This document shows, piece after piece, positions 10,337 through 19,762 of a stretch of 64,000 nt of DNA. How positions within the stretch are numbered: the first letter of the stretch is position 1; every line of letters begins with the position of its first letter. Position numbers and translations under genes: made by a program. Below the pieces are notes generated by a model. That model was not told the origin of the DNA, ran no database searches, and saw only the letters and a program-made list of their open reading frames with translations. Source of the stretch: Myxococcota bacterium (GTDB lineage Bacteria > Myxococcota_A > UBA796 > SXON01); assembly GCA_040386535.1 (NCBI GenBank), contig JAZKFH010000033.1, positions 36,925 through 100,924 of the forward strand, written 5' to 3'.

Positions 10337-10931
10337 CGGGAAGCTCGTCCTCCCCGTTGGGTACCGAGGTGAGCGCCTCGACGGCATCGATGTCTGCGCC
10401 GACGGTCCGCTCCGACTGGCCGCCCTCGTTCGGGTCGTCGGTGAGGCGGATATAGGCGAACAAGCTCGATGAGCCGTGGCCGAACGCATCGATGTCGATG
10501 GTCGTCGTCGAGCCGAAGATGGTGCCCACGGGGAGCCAGGTGGCGTTGTCGGCGCTGATCTCGACGAGCGTGTCCTCGATGTCCGGACCTACTTCGTAGA
10601 TGCAGAGGTCCGCCGTGTCATCGTCACTTCCGGCCAGGAGGTTGTCGGTGAATCCGACCGTGACGCTGCCGCCGTCCCCGAGGCTCACGAACGTGCAGAC
10701 ACCTTGCGATTCGCAGGCGTTCACCCCGTCGTAATCCGGCGCCCCCAGCGCGTTGTCGCCACCGCCGTGGGGCTCGGTCGGTTCCCCATCGGAGATGACC
10801 GGGGAATAGCCGAGCAGCACATCGGCAAAAGCGTCGTTGGTCGGAGCCTCGTCGAGCGCGGGTGGTGCCGCGCGACAAGCGAAGGACAGCAGTGCGAGCC
10901 CGAGAGGTGCGATTCGTGCCACTTCCAACAT
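10323..10931 (-). CDS. Hypothetical lipoprotein (probable cell-surface beta-sandwich)
   Basis: LLSFAC lipobox; NALGAPDY...FVSLGDGGSVTVGFTDN...IYEVG...GADIDAVEAL pattern. Confidence 0.75.
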   Translation of the reverse strand: MLEVARIAPLGLALLSFACRAAPPALDEAPTNDAFADVLLGYSPVISDGEPTEPHGGGDNALGAPDYDGVNACESQGVCTFVSLGDGGSVTVGFTDNLLAGSDDDTADLCIYEVGPDIEDTLVEISADNATWLPVGTIFGSTTTIDIDAFGHGSSSLFAYIRLTDDPNEGGQSERTVGADIDAVEALTSVPNGEDELPATGS

Positions 10932-10982
10932 GGTTTGCCTCGACGTTCGCCTGTCAACATACTCCGACCTCCCGAACGGGGC

Positions 10983-11930
10983 CTACCGGCAGCTCGTGGT
11001 CGTGCTGGTGAGCGTGCACGTGTAGTCGCGGCCGGCCTCGATCTTCGCGGCGGTGGTGACGACGCCCCCCTTGGGGTGCATCCAACACTCCACGCCCGCG
11101 GGCAGACTGTGGATGGTGGCCACGCCGTTCATCACGTCGACGCGTTGGCGCGCCATTCCCGGGCAGGTCACCTCGACCCGGTTCGGTAGCGGATCGCCGC
11201 TGAAACGGGCGGTGACCGTGCGCACCGGGGGCGGCTTGGGCGTGCGGGGGGTGAGGTCCTTCCCGCGGGGGGTCGACGGCGCGCGGACCTCCTCCGCCAC
11301 CTCGCGCGCCACTGCGGGCGCCGCGGTGTCGTCGGGGTCCGGATCGACCTGCCAGGCGGTGGCGACGGGGGTGGACGGGGCCACGGGGAGCGGCGCAATC
11401 GGCGCGCGGGGGACGACGACGAGGGCCACCGCCGCGAGGAGCGCGGCCGCGCCCATGAGCAGGAACACCAGGAACAACGCGGCGAGGACGCGCATCGACT
11501 GGATGCGGGCGCCCTCCGCGGGCGGCGGGGTGTTGGCGGGGGTGATGGACGGGGGCATGGCGGCGCTCGCGAAGGGAGCGGCGCGGAGCGGCTCCGGGAA
11601 CGCCGGGCGGAGCTGGGCGGGCGCAGAGCTCGACCGTGAATCCCGGGAGGGACTTCCGGTCACGCTCGGAGGGGGCGCGGACGGAGGCGCAACGGGCACC
11701 CGCGCGCGGTTCGGCACCGGCACCTGGAAGAAGGCCGTCGCGTTGACATCCTCGACCGGGGCGACGACGTGCGCGAGGGGCACCATCCGCAACATGCCGG
11801 TCTCGTCGGGGCGCCGCTCGCCGACCGTGCGCGGGGCCCGGCCGCCCGGCTCGAGCCGCAGCGACGGGGGCGTGGCGTCGGGCGCGGCGGCGCGGGACGC
11901 GGACTCGCGGAGGCGATCCTCGATCTTCAT
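10983..11930 (-). CDS. Hypothetical Pro-rich single-pass membrane protein
   Basis: MKIEDRLRES start; central TM segment; small Cys-containing C-terminal domain. Start uncertain. Confidence 0.65.
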   Translation of the reverse strand: MKIEDRLRESASRAAAPDATPPSLRLEPGGRAPRTVGERRPDETGMLRMVPLAHVVAPVEDVNATAFFQVPVPNRARVPVAPPSAPPPSVTGSPSRDSRSSSAPAQLRPAFPEPLRAAPFASAAMPPSITPANTPPPAEGARIQSMRVLAALFLVFLLMGAAALLAAVALVVVPRAPIAPLPVAPSTPVATAWQVDPDPDDTAAPAVAREVAEEVRAPSTPRGKDLTPRTPKPPPVRTVTARFSGDPLPNRVEVTCPGMARQRVDVMNGVATIHSLPAGVECWMHPKGGVVTTAAKIEAGRDYTCTLTSTTTSCR

Positions 11931-12108
11931 TCGGGTCGGCGACACCGTGGCTCCCTTCCCCGGGAGCGGGGCTGGCGGGCACAACGTGGGGGTCGCGGCG
12001 TTCTTACGGCGGTGCGGGGGTTTCCGCGGCGGCGGCGCTCGTGTGCGCCGCTCGCCGTGCGCCGCAGCACGGTCGGGGCCGGGCTACGGTGCGGCGATCA
12101 GAGGCCGC

Positions 12109-12639
12109 ATGCTCCTCGCCGTCCTGTTCTGCCTGGCCCACGCCGCCTCGCTCGCCGGGGTCACCCTGCCGGACACCGCCAGCGTGGCGGGCAAGCCGCT
12201 GGTGCTCAACGGGATGGGGCTGCGCGAGAAGTACTTCGTCGACGTGTACGTGGGCGGGCTGTACCTCGGCGAGAAGACCACCAACGGCGCGGCGGCGGTC
12301 GCGGCGGACGCGCCCAAGCGCATGGTCATGCACTTTGTCTACCGGCGCGTGTCTCGCGAGCAGATGCTCGCCTCCTTCCTGGAGGACTTCGGCAAGCAGC
12401 CCGGCGTCGCCGCGCACCAGGCCGACATCGACAAGATGCTGGCGGTCGTTCCCGACGAGGTGCTCCGCGGCGAGCAGATCGTGTTCGAGTACATCCCCGG
12501 CGTCGGCACCAGCTTGATCATCAAGGGCAAGGCGGCGGTGACCGTGCCCGGCGCCGACTTCATGCGCCTCGTGTTCGGGATCTGGCTCGGGCCGACCCCG
12601 CCGACGGCGGCGCTCAAGGCGGGGCTGCTCGGAGGGTAG
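12109..12639 (+). CDS. Chalcone isomerase-like family protein
   Basis: Signal peptide; LVLNGMGLREKYFVDVYVGGLY and FGIWLGPTPPTAALKAGLLG are typical of the family. Confidence 0.9.
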   Translation: MLLAVLFCLAHAASLAGVTLPDTASVAGKPLVLNGMGLREKYFVDVYVGGLYLGEKTTNGAAAVAADAPKRMVMHFVYRRVSREQMLASFLEDFGKQPGVAAHQADIDKMLAVVPDEVLRGEQIVFEYIPGVGTSLIIKGKAAVTVPGADFMRLVFGIWLGPTPPTAALKAGLLGG

Positions 12640-12645
12640 CGCCGG

Positions 12646-12669
12646 CGCCCCCTCCCTGGGGAGGGGGCG
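12646..12669 (+). terminator. GC hairpin downstream of the chalcone isomerase-like gene
   Basis: CGCCCCCTCCC-TG-GGGAGGGGGCG; no U-tract. Confidence 0.45.
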
Positions 12670-12846
12670 GGGCGGGCCCCCGTGAGTTCGGCGCGTCCTG
12701 CGCGCTGAACTCGGGGGATGGCGTCTCCATGCCTATGCACGTCGCTCGGGCGCCCATGCGTCCCAGCAGGCCGTCGCTCCCGAAGTCTCTGGAGCCCACG
12801 GCCGACTCCCCCAATCGCGCCGCCGCCGCGATTGCCCAACCGCAGG

Positions 12847-13031
12847 GTCATGTCCCCATGACCGCACGCGGCACGGAGTCATGCTGGGTTGAGTGCTGAG
12901 ATGCACGCTGCAAGCGCTCCCCCCTGCGCAAAAAACGCTGCTTGCTCCGTAGAGGGCGGGCGGAGCGAGCCTCGAATTGGGCGTTCATGGGGGCATGACT
13001 CCGATTTAGCGGCGTTGGAGGCGGCATGACC
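12847..13031. repeat. Dispersed repeat family A, copy 1
   Basis: GTCATGTCCCCATGA...CACGCGGCACGGAGTCATGC at left and GCGTTCATGGGGGCATGACTCCGATTTAGCGGCGTT..GGCATGAC at right; also at 36687 and 51867. Confidence 0.85.
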
Positions 13032-13601
13032 TCGATGCCCTCGTACTCGACGGCTGAGGGAAGCGCATAGGCATGGGCGCGCCAACCGGCGAGTTCGGCG
13101 CGTCCCGCGCGCTGAGCTTGATGGCGACTCATCCGGCGAGTTCGGCGCGTCCTGAAGGGGGCCCGTTCGACGGGGGTTTGGTGGCCGCGATGCTGGCCAC
13201 GCATTGGCCGAGTAATGCTCGACCGCGTGGTTGGCGCCGGCCCTGCGCGCATGGCCCACCCCGCCCGATGTGGGGCCCGCGAGCCGCGCTCGGCCGCCAT
13301 CGTCCACACCCCCGCGCGCGAGGGAGGCGGAGGGCGCGCGGCCGGGGCCGCGCGGTTCGGCGCCGCGCGGCGCCAGCCGCGCCTGCGCCAACGGAGGCCG
13401 AAGGCCGACCCCGCAGGCCCCCGCCCCTGGCGTCCGCGCCGGGGACGCGCCCGACCGTCCATCAAACGGCGCGGCCGGGGCCGACGCGCGCAGTGGACGC
13501 GCTGGACGCCCACGGATCGCCGAGCAGGAGCGGGGTCACGCGCGCGGACGGCCAAGCTGGGCGCCGTGCGGACGCGGCGCGCCCCACTCGCTACGTCGAA
13601 C

Positions 13602-13736
13602 CTACTTCTTGCCGGCCTTGCTCACGGGCGCCGCGGGAGGGGCCTGCTTGGCGTCGTGCGCGGCCTTCTTGCCGCTCTTGTTGACCGCGTCCTGCTTCTT
13701 GGCCTTGTCACGATCTTTCGGACTCTTGTCGCCCAT
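13602..13736 (-). CDS. Small Lys-rich protein (44 aa)
   Basis: Manual translation MGDKSPKDRDKAKKQDAVNKSGKKAAHDAKQAPPAAPVSKAGKK*; AGCAGGTG-type RBS; GC-rich third codon positions; below the ORF-track cutoff. Confidence 0.65.
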   Translation of the reverse strand: MGDKSPKDRDKAKKQDAVNKSGKKAAHDAKQAPPAAPVSKAGKK

Positions 13737-13876
13737 GGGTCACCTGCTGCGCGCAACGCGAGCACCGCGGGGGTTGCGGCGTTCCCGCCCGTGGAGAGGC
13801 CTGCCGAGACGCGGCGGACCTCCGGAGAGCATAAACACCTGCGAGGCCGGACCACGGCCAATTCTGTGAAGTTCTG

Positions 13877-14311
13877 CTACGCCGTGGCGGCCGCGCTCTC
13901 GATCCACTTCACCATCTGCGCGGAGGGCACCACGCCGGCCTGCTGCGACACGACCCGGCCGTTCCGCAACACGACAAAATTCGGGATGCCCTGCACGCCG
14001 TAGCGCTGGGCGACCTCGGGGTGGCTCTCCGTGTCGACCTTGACGACGACCGCGCGCCCGGCGAGCTCGGCGGCGGCCTTCTTGACCTCGGGCGCCGCCG
14101 ACCGGCACGGCCCACACCACGCGGCCCAGAAGTCGACCAGGACCGGCACCCGCGCGTTCGCCACGATGTCGTCGAATGTGGCGCGGTCGACGTCGAGCGG
14201 CTCGGACTGCGGCGGCAGCGTGGCCTTGCAGGCGCCACACTTGCCGGCGTCGGCCAGGTGGCGGGCGGGGATGCGGTTGTGGGCGCCGCAGGACGAGCAG
14301 GTGCGGTTCAT
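13877..14311 (-). CDS. trxC: Thioredoxin 2 (zinc-finger thioredoxin)
   Basis: N-terminal CSSC and CGAC zinc pairs; VDFWAAWCGPC active site; GIP cis-Pro motif. Confidence 0.93.
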   Translation of the reverse strand: MNRTCSSCGAHNRIPARHLADAGKCGACKATLPPQSEPLDVDRATFDDIVANARVPVLVDFWAAWCGPCRSAAPEVKKAAAELAGRAVVVKVDTESHPEVAQRYGVQGIPNFVVLRNGRVVSQQAGVVPSAQMVKWIESAAATA

Positions 14312-14392
14312 GGGGAGCCTGGGTTGCCCCAAAGCTCGGCGCCGAGCGGGCGAGCGTCAAGGGCCGTTAAGCTTCCGCAACCCCGAGCCACC

Positions 14393-14995
14393 ATGTTCTC
14401 CTGGTTCAGCAAGAAGCCTGTGGAGCCCGCGAGCGACGCCGCCGTGTGGATGACGAGGGCAGCACGCGAGGACGCCGTGCTGCGCCTGGTGCGCCAGAGC
14501 CCGAACCCGGTGCTCCTCGTCGCCTTCTTCGAGGCCAGCGCCTCCCGGCTCTGCGCGCGGCTCGAGGCCGAAGGGATCCCCTTCGTCGAGGTGGGCACGG
14601 CCCTGGTGAGCTGGCACCCCAAGCCCCACGTGGTCCTCGCCGAGCGCCTCAAGAACCTCGTGGGCCGACTCCCCGAGGCCCTGGATGTGTGTGTCGTCGA
14701 GTACCACCCGCTGCCGCACCCAAACCGGGCGCTGCTCGAGGACCTCGCCTCGCGCACCCCCGCGCGCCCCATGTTCCACGCCGCCCTCGACGAGCCGATG
14801 ATGCTGCGGTTCGGGGGTGCCAACATCCTCTCGATGATGGAGCGGATGGGCCAGGCTCCCAATGAGCCCATCCAGCACGCCATGGTGACCCAGGCGATGG
14901 CGAACGCGCGCGAGAAGGTGGGGAAGAAGGTGAAGGTGCCGCGGGGAGCGGGGTCGATGGAGGAGTGGTTGGAGAGGAACCTGGGGGCGGAGTAG
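14393..14995 (+). CDS. Hypothetical protein resembling part of SecA (NBD2 C-terminal region)
   Basis: ALDEPMMLRFGGANILSMMERMGQAPNEPIQHAMVTQAMANAREKV resembles the SecA SLEDxLMRxFG...GEPIEH...AQKKVE segment. Confidence 0.7.
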   Translation: MFSWFSKKPVEPASDAAVWMTRAAREDAVLRLVRQSPNPVLLVAFFEASASRLCARLEAEGIPFVEVGTALVSWHPKPHVVLAERLKNLVGRLPEALDVCVVEYHPLPHPNRALLEDLASRTPARPMFHAALDEPMMLRFGGANILSMMERMGQAPNEPIQHAMVTQAMANAREKVGKKVKVPRGAGSMEEWLERNLGAE

Positions 14996-14999
14996 GGGC

Positions 15000-15860
15000 C
15001 TACCAGGCCCGCTGGTCCCCGAGGACGGTTTCTCGTGTCAGGTTTACGCTGCGGTAGCCGGGGACGGTGCCACCTTCGGCGCCCACGAAGCGGAGTTGGC
15101 CCCAGCTGAGGTCCGCGGTGGAGATGACCAGGAGGTCGGCGCCGAGGGGTGTGATGCGCAGCTCGAACGCATCGGCGGGGCGCTCCTCTCCCAAGGCCAT
15201 CCACTGGAGGTCTGCGGCGTGGGCGTTGGTGATGCCGTGGGTTTCGGCGTCGGCCGCGGCGTCGAGGTGGAACATCGTTGGAGGCGCTGCCCGCGCGGCG
15301 TCGCGCAATTGGGCGGGCGTTGGCAGGGGCCCGAAGTAGCTGGTGGAGGGCGGGCCCCACAGGGCGTGGGCGGCGCGTTCGGCGAAGTTGGCCGCGGCCA
15401 TGTGGACGGGGGTGTAGTCGAACAGCGGGGCAACGCAGCCGCGATAGGAGATCGCGCGGCACGACAGGAGGCGCGTGTCGGGCTCGAGGTAACAACCCTC
15501 ATCGGGCCCGAATTGGAATCGATAGACGACGTGTGTTTCGGCGAGATCTTCCGGTGTTCGAAGGGCGAAGAGGATGCCGAGTGCGGCGGCCAGGAGCGCG
15601 GGTTGCCCGAGGAGCACCAACGCACCGAGCAGCGCCGAGGTGCGAAAGGCCATGGTGGCGATCGTGATTGCCACGAGGACATGGGCGACACTGCCCGGCA
15701 CGGACGAATACCAGGTGTCGTTGAAGCAGTGCCACGTGTGGGCGGAGACCACTACGGTCGCGAGCGCCGCCCGGCGTTGGACCGATGCGCTGGCTTTGCG
15801 GGCCCGATCGACCGCCGCAGCGAGCGGTGCGGTGAGAGGGGGATTGTCGGGGGGCACGTG
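15000..15860 (-). CDS. Hypothetical membrane protein
   Basis: Open frame with several hydrophobic segments followed by a soluble region; start uncertain. Confidence 0.5.
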   Translation of the reverse strand, partial: HVPPDNPPLTAPLAAAVDRARKASASVQRRAALATVVVSAHTWHCFNDTWYSSVPGSVAHVLVAITIATMAFRTSALLGALVLLGQPALLAAALGILFALRTPEDLAETHVVYRFQFGPDEGCYLEPDTRLLSCRAISYRGCVAPLFDYTPVHMAAANFAERAAHALWGPPSTSYFGPLPTPAQLRDAARAAPPTMFHLDAAADAETHGITNAHAADLQWMALGEERPADAFELRITPLGADLLVISTADLSWGQLRFVGAEGGTVPGYRSVNLTRETVLGDQRAW

Positions 15861-15985
15861 TTCACGGTGACCTCCGTTGGGTCGGGGTGCAACGATGATG
15901 TGCCGAGTTTTCGGGGTTCTGACGAAGGTGGTTTCGGGTCCGCCACATGCGTGCGCGCCGGCTGATACTTCGCTATCCTGGCCCC

Positions 15986-17038
15986 ATGCGACTCCACCTC
16001 CTCGTGACCCTCGCACTCCTGGGCTGCGCCAACGTGCCAACCGCGCCAAGCGAGACGCCCGCCGCTGTCACCGCCGAGGAGATGACGGGCCTGTGGGTCC
16101 TCCAGATTCGCCGCCAGGAGTGGCAGCCGCGCGACCTCGAGTTCGTCCTGCGCATCGAGCCCGGGGGCGACGGCACCGCCACGCTCGACCCCGTTCTCAT
16201 CGGGCGCACCACCGCGCGGCTCGTCGAGCTCGCGGCCGACGGCGACAGGATCCGCTTCTGGCTGCACTCCAGGATGGACGACCACGACTACCGGTTCGAC
16301 GCCCGGCGCGACGGCGGGACGCTGGACGGAGTGGTGCGCTGGCATGACGGCAAGGTCGAGCACACCGAGCCGTTCACCGGGCACCGCCGCGAAGTCCGGC
16401 GCTTCGACACCGAGATCGCCCGCTTCCCCGTCGAGGAGGACCCTCGAAAGGTGGGTGTCGAGCCCGTCCTGCTCGATCGCCTCGTGCTCGGCGCCGAGGC
16501 CGCGCGATCGGACGGGCTGCTCGTGTTGGCGGACGGGCGGCTCGTCGCCGCCAGGACCTTCGGCAACGAGGACGCCCCGACGAGCGTGGGCACGCTATCA
16601 GCGGCGATCGCCGAGCTGGCAGGTGGCCAGCCCGATGTGCCGAACGGGCTGCGCCTGCGGCCCTCCGAGCTCGCCGCGCTCGGCCAGGCCCTCCTCGACG
16701 GGGGAGAGTGGATGGGCGAGCGCGCCGTCCCCGAGCGCTGGATGGAGACCCTGGCGGTGCCCGCCGCCGATGCGGCCCCCAGCCCGGGCGCAGGCTGGTC
16801 CATCCAACCCGACCCCACCGACGAGGCGCGCGCGCCCCTCGGCTTCGGCCATGTCACCGAGGCGGGCGAGGGCCTGCTGTTCTACCCCGAGGCCCGGCTG
16901 GTCGTGGTGCGGACGATGCACCGGGTCGAGAACCGGTACGATCGGCGGTACGACAGGCGCGACGAGATGGGGTGGTTGGACGAGATGGCGGAGGCGATCG
17001 CGGTGGAGAAGCTTGGACGGTTGCCTCCCGGGGAGTAG
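15986..17038 (+). CDS. Lipoprotein with degenerate beta-lactamase/serine-hydrolase-like domain
   Basis: LLGC lipobox; SDGLLVLADGRLV, GLRLRPSELAALGQALLDGGEW and LLFYPEARLVVV are fold motifs; no SxxK visible. Confidence 0.7.
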   Translation: MRLHLLVTLALLGCANVPTAPSETPAAVTAEEMTGLWVLQIRRQEWQPRDLEFVLRIEPGGDGTATLDPVLIGRTTARLVELAADGDRIRFWLHSRMDDHDYRFDARRDGGTLDGVVRWHDGKVEHTEPFTGHRREVRRFDTEIARFPVEEDPRKVGVEPVLLDRLVLGAEAARSDGLLVLADGRLVAARTFGNEDAPTSVGTLSAAIAELAGGQPDVPNGLRLRPSELAALGQALLDGGEWMGERAVPERWMETLAVPAADAAPSPGAGWSIQPDPTDEARAPLGFGHVTEAGEGLLFYPEARLVVVRTMHRVENRYDRRYDRRDEMGWLDEMAEAIAVEKLGRLPPGE

Positions 17039-17041
17039 GGA

Positions 17042-17350
17042 TCAGTCGTTCACTCCGCCCGGAAAGGTGCAGGTACCCGTGTCAACCTCACACGCGCACG
17101 CGGCCTCGTCTGCGCCGCCGTCGAGCCCCGCCTGCTCACAGGCACTCTGCGTGGACCCCATCGACTGATACCCGCTCGACGCCCAACCGTCGCAGTCCGT
17201 CGTGAAGCCGGGATACGTACCACTTGCTGGCTCACCCCCCGTCACGTAGCTGTACGTGCAGGTGATCGTGACGATGCCGACATCCTCCTCCGCGGTGTCG
17301 TGCGGAGCGTCAGCGCACGCGGAGAGGAACAGGTACATCAATCTCATCAT
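17042..17350 (-). CDS. Small Cys-rich lipoprotein
   Basis: LFLSAC lipobox; six further Cys residues. Confidence 0.55.
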   Translation of the reverse strand: MMRLMYLFLSACADAPHDTAEEDVGIVTITCTYSYVTGGEPASGTYPGFTTDCDGWASSGYQSMGSTQSACEQAGLDGGADEAACACEVDTGTCTFPGGVND

Positions 17351-17690
17351 TTTGCGGCAGCCTCTGGGGAGATCATACAGCCCACTTGGTCGACCCTCTG
17401 GCCTATTCCGAGCGAATTCGGCTCAAGCGGTCGAGCTCATCGAACTCGAGGGCCAGCCGGCCGTCGGCAGCGGGAAGTGCCCCGGAGGCCCCGGTGCCCG
17501 TGGTGCCGCCGAAGTAGGGCCGGTGCGGCGCCGGCACGATGCCCACGAATCGGACGAGGTGGGCGGCGAGCGCCGCCATTGTGAGAGGAGACGCTCGGGC
17601 GCACAGGCCGGCGCGTCGTGCCCGACGGGGCGAGCGAACATCTCTGGGGGTCGTTGAGGCCCGAGACGAGGCCCCAGGCTATAGATTTGG

Positions 17691-18071
17691 ATGGAACTAC
17701 TGAACCAAGAAGTCTGCGAAGCATTCCTTCGCCGCTTCTACAACTTCTACGACGGTGTAGTGCGAAGCGTTCGCATCGACTTCGAGAGCACACCATCGAC
17801 GTGTTCCGTCGTGGTCGATGCCCGAGATGCAGACTCCGCGTCCGGGTGGTCGCGCATCGAGTTCGTGGTGCACGAAGTCGGAGCGTTTCGATTCGACGCT
17901 GGTCGAACCACGTTCGAGGTGCTGTCGTCGGGTATCCAGGTCGGTTGGGTGAATGGGCAGCTCCTCCTCGTGCTGGACGCGTACCCGGATGATGTTGACT
18001 TTCCAGATTTGGCTACCAATAGGGCTCATGTGGCGGGCGCAAGCTGTTCATGGGCAGCTACGAGGCTGTAG
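17691..18071 (+). CDS. Hypothetical protein (lower GC)
   Basis: 126-aa compact ORF with globular composition; visibly more AT-rich than its neighbours. Confidence 0.6.
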   Translation: MELLNQEVCEAFLRRFYNFYDGVVRSVRIDFESTPSTCSVVVDARDADSASGWSRIEFVVHEVGAFRFDAGRTTFEVLSSGIQVGWVNGQLLLVLDAYPDDVDFPDLATNRAHVAGASCSWAATRL

Positions 18072-18137
18072 GTCGGCAAGCGCACGCTCCATGCGCGGGT
18101 GCGGAACAGCGGGCGTACTTTCCATGAAGCACGCCGA

Positions 18138-18878
18138 TCAGGGAGTTGCGGCGTTCGGGGTCTGCGCAGGCAGCTCCTCCGCGGGGACGTCCAATATGGG
18201 TGGCGACCCCTCGGAGTTTCGAAGCATCGCGCACGGCAGCGCGGGCCATCCGATGAGTTCGGGGACGATCTCCGTGGACGGGCGGCCGTCGTCGAGCCAC
18301 GTGGCCCGCATCTTCACGAACCAAGTATCGGCTGTCCACACGACGACGAGGGTGCCGAATGCGCGCGTAATCCCATCAAGCGAAGGCACGCCCAGTTGCC
18401 GGGCAATCTCGGGCTGCATCGCGTCGGGGATGAGCGGCGCGAGCGGTTTCTGCTGAACACCGCCGAGCAGGAACCCCGGCCCGCCGAACACTCCGGCGAG
18501 CTGCCCCTGCTCCGCCCATGCGACGTCCGTCACATAACTCCCCGCTGCCCGCGCCTCGGCCTCCGTCAGGGTCATGCCCTCGGGTGGCGGACTGTACTGT
18601 GGGTACACGTACATTGTGACTATCGTCCCATGGTCGTCCTCGTAGATCCAGGAGATGTCAAGCCCGCCCGGGTTTTCGTAATGCCGGGTGCCGCCGAAGA
18701 GCCAGCCGTCTGGCGCCGTGGTGGGGAAGCAAGTGTCGGCACCGGGGTGACGCCCCCACGGCGTAGCCGATCCGGCGGGGAACGAGATTTGGTGCGTACT
18801 GGCAATTACCGCGGCCGGTGCGACGGGCCGCGGGCATGCGACGAGGAGGAAGACGAGCAGGGGTAGGCGCAACATCAC
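18138..18878 (-). CDS. Hypothetical lipoprotein
   Basis: LLVFLLVAC lipobox; lower GC. Confidence 0.6.
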   Translation of the reverse strand: MMLRLPLLVFLLVACPRPVAPAAVIASTHQISFPAGSATPWGRHPGADTCFPTTAPDGWLFGGTRHYENPGGLDISWIYEDDHGTIVTMYVYPQYSPPPEGMTLTEAEARAAGSYVTDVAWAEQGQLAGVFGGPGFLLGGVQQKPLAPLIPDAMQPEIARQLGVPSLDGITRAFGTLVVVWTADTWFVKMRATWLDDGRPSTEIVPELIGWPALPCAMLRNSEGSPPILDVPAEELPAQTPNAATP

Positions 18879-19001
18879 GTCCAGAGTAGCACACCTGCGT
18901 TCCGGCTTGTTATACGCTTCGGCAAAATGGGCGACCGAGGCTGCGCACTGGCAGGGACCGCCCCGATGCCACCCAAATTCCCAACCAACACCCCCTCCCC
19001 C

Positions 19002-19388
19002 TCACCCCCCAAACACCGCCACAACCCCAAAACACCCCACCAGCACCACCGTGACCGGCGTCATCCCATACCGCTCGGCCGCGCTCTTCGACGCCAGATT
19101 GCCAAGTGTATTGAGCGCGAAGAGCCCCGTGAACACCCAGGTAGCCGCCCGCACCCACACAGAGTCCACACCCACCAGTCCGGCCCGCGCGAGGACGACC
19201 CACGCCGCGCCACCCAACACCACCGCCGAAAGCACACTCCCCACCCGCAACCGTGTAGGCAGCACGCGATGCGCCCCGCCCCACGCCGCACGCCCGAACG
19301 GAAGCCCCGCCGCGAGGAGCAACTGGAAGACCATCACCAGCGCGAGCACGACACTGGCAACGATGGCCGCGATGTGAGGAAGGGACAT
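19002..19388 (-). CDS. Small four-TM membrane protein
   Basis: FQLLLAAGLPFGRAAWGGAHRVLP...NTLGNLASKSAAER; four hydrophobic segments. Confidence 0.8.
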   Translation of the reverse strand: MSLPHIAAIVASVVLALVMVFQLLLAAGLPFGRAAWGGAHRVLPTRLRVGSVLSAVVLGGAAWVVLARAGLVGVDSVWVRAATWVFTGLFALNTLGNLASKSAAERYGMTPVTVVLVGCFGVVAVFGG

Positions 19389-19550
19389 GAGCCTCCGCGC
19401 GCGTGAGTAACCGGTAGCAGGGCTCTCGAACGTGGGGCGCGCCAGGCGCCTGGAGGGGCGGCGCGCGCTCGGGCGCGCCGAGTCCCGGCCGCGCGCTCGG
19501 GCGCGGACGGACCAAGGCGCTCCGCGCCGCGCCCGCAAGGGGCCGACATC

Positions 19551-19708
19551 GAGCGTGCCCGTCAATCCCTCCCGTCGCCCGCTCGCGTCTGCTGGGCGCG
19601 GCCGCACGTCTTCCTCGGTCACAGGTCTCGACCTGCTCCCTCGTCAGCCGCACAGCCGCGCCTCAGCAGCCACTTCGCGCGCTCGGTCCGGGAATGACGG
19701 GCACGCTC
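19551..19708. repeat. Dispersed 158-bp hairpin element (family B), copy 1
   Basis: Terminal inverted repeat GAGCGTGCCCGTCAATCCC / GGGAATGACGGGCACGCTC; closely similar copy at 52292-52449. Confidence 0.9.
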
Positions 19709-19762
19709 TGCGCCGCGTCCGCGCGGCGCCGGGGCGCCCACCGTAGTAGCCTCCGCCTGCGC

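Noticed and set aside
15000..19400. Integron cassette array
   Set aside because: Genes alternate in orientation, there are no convincing paired RYYYAAC/GTTRRRY attC sites, and no integrase is present.
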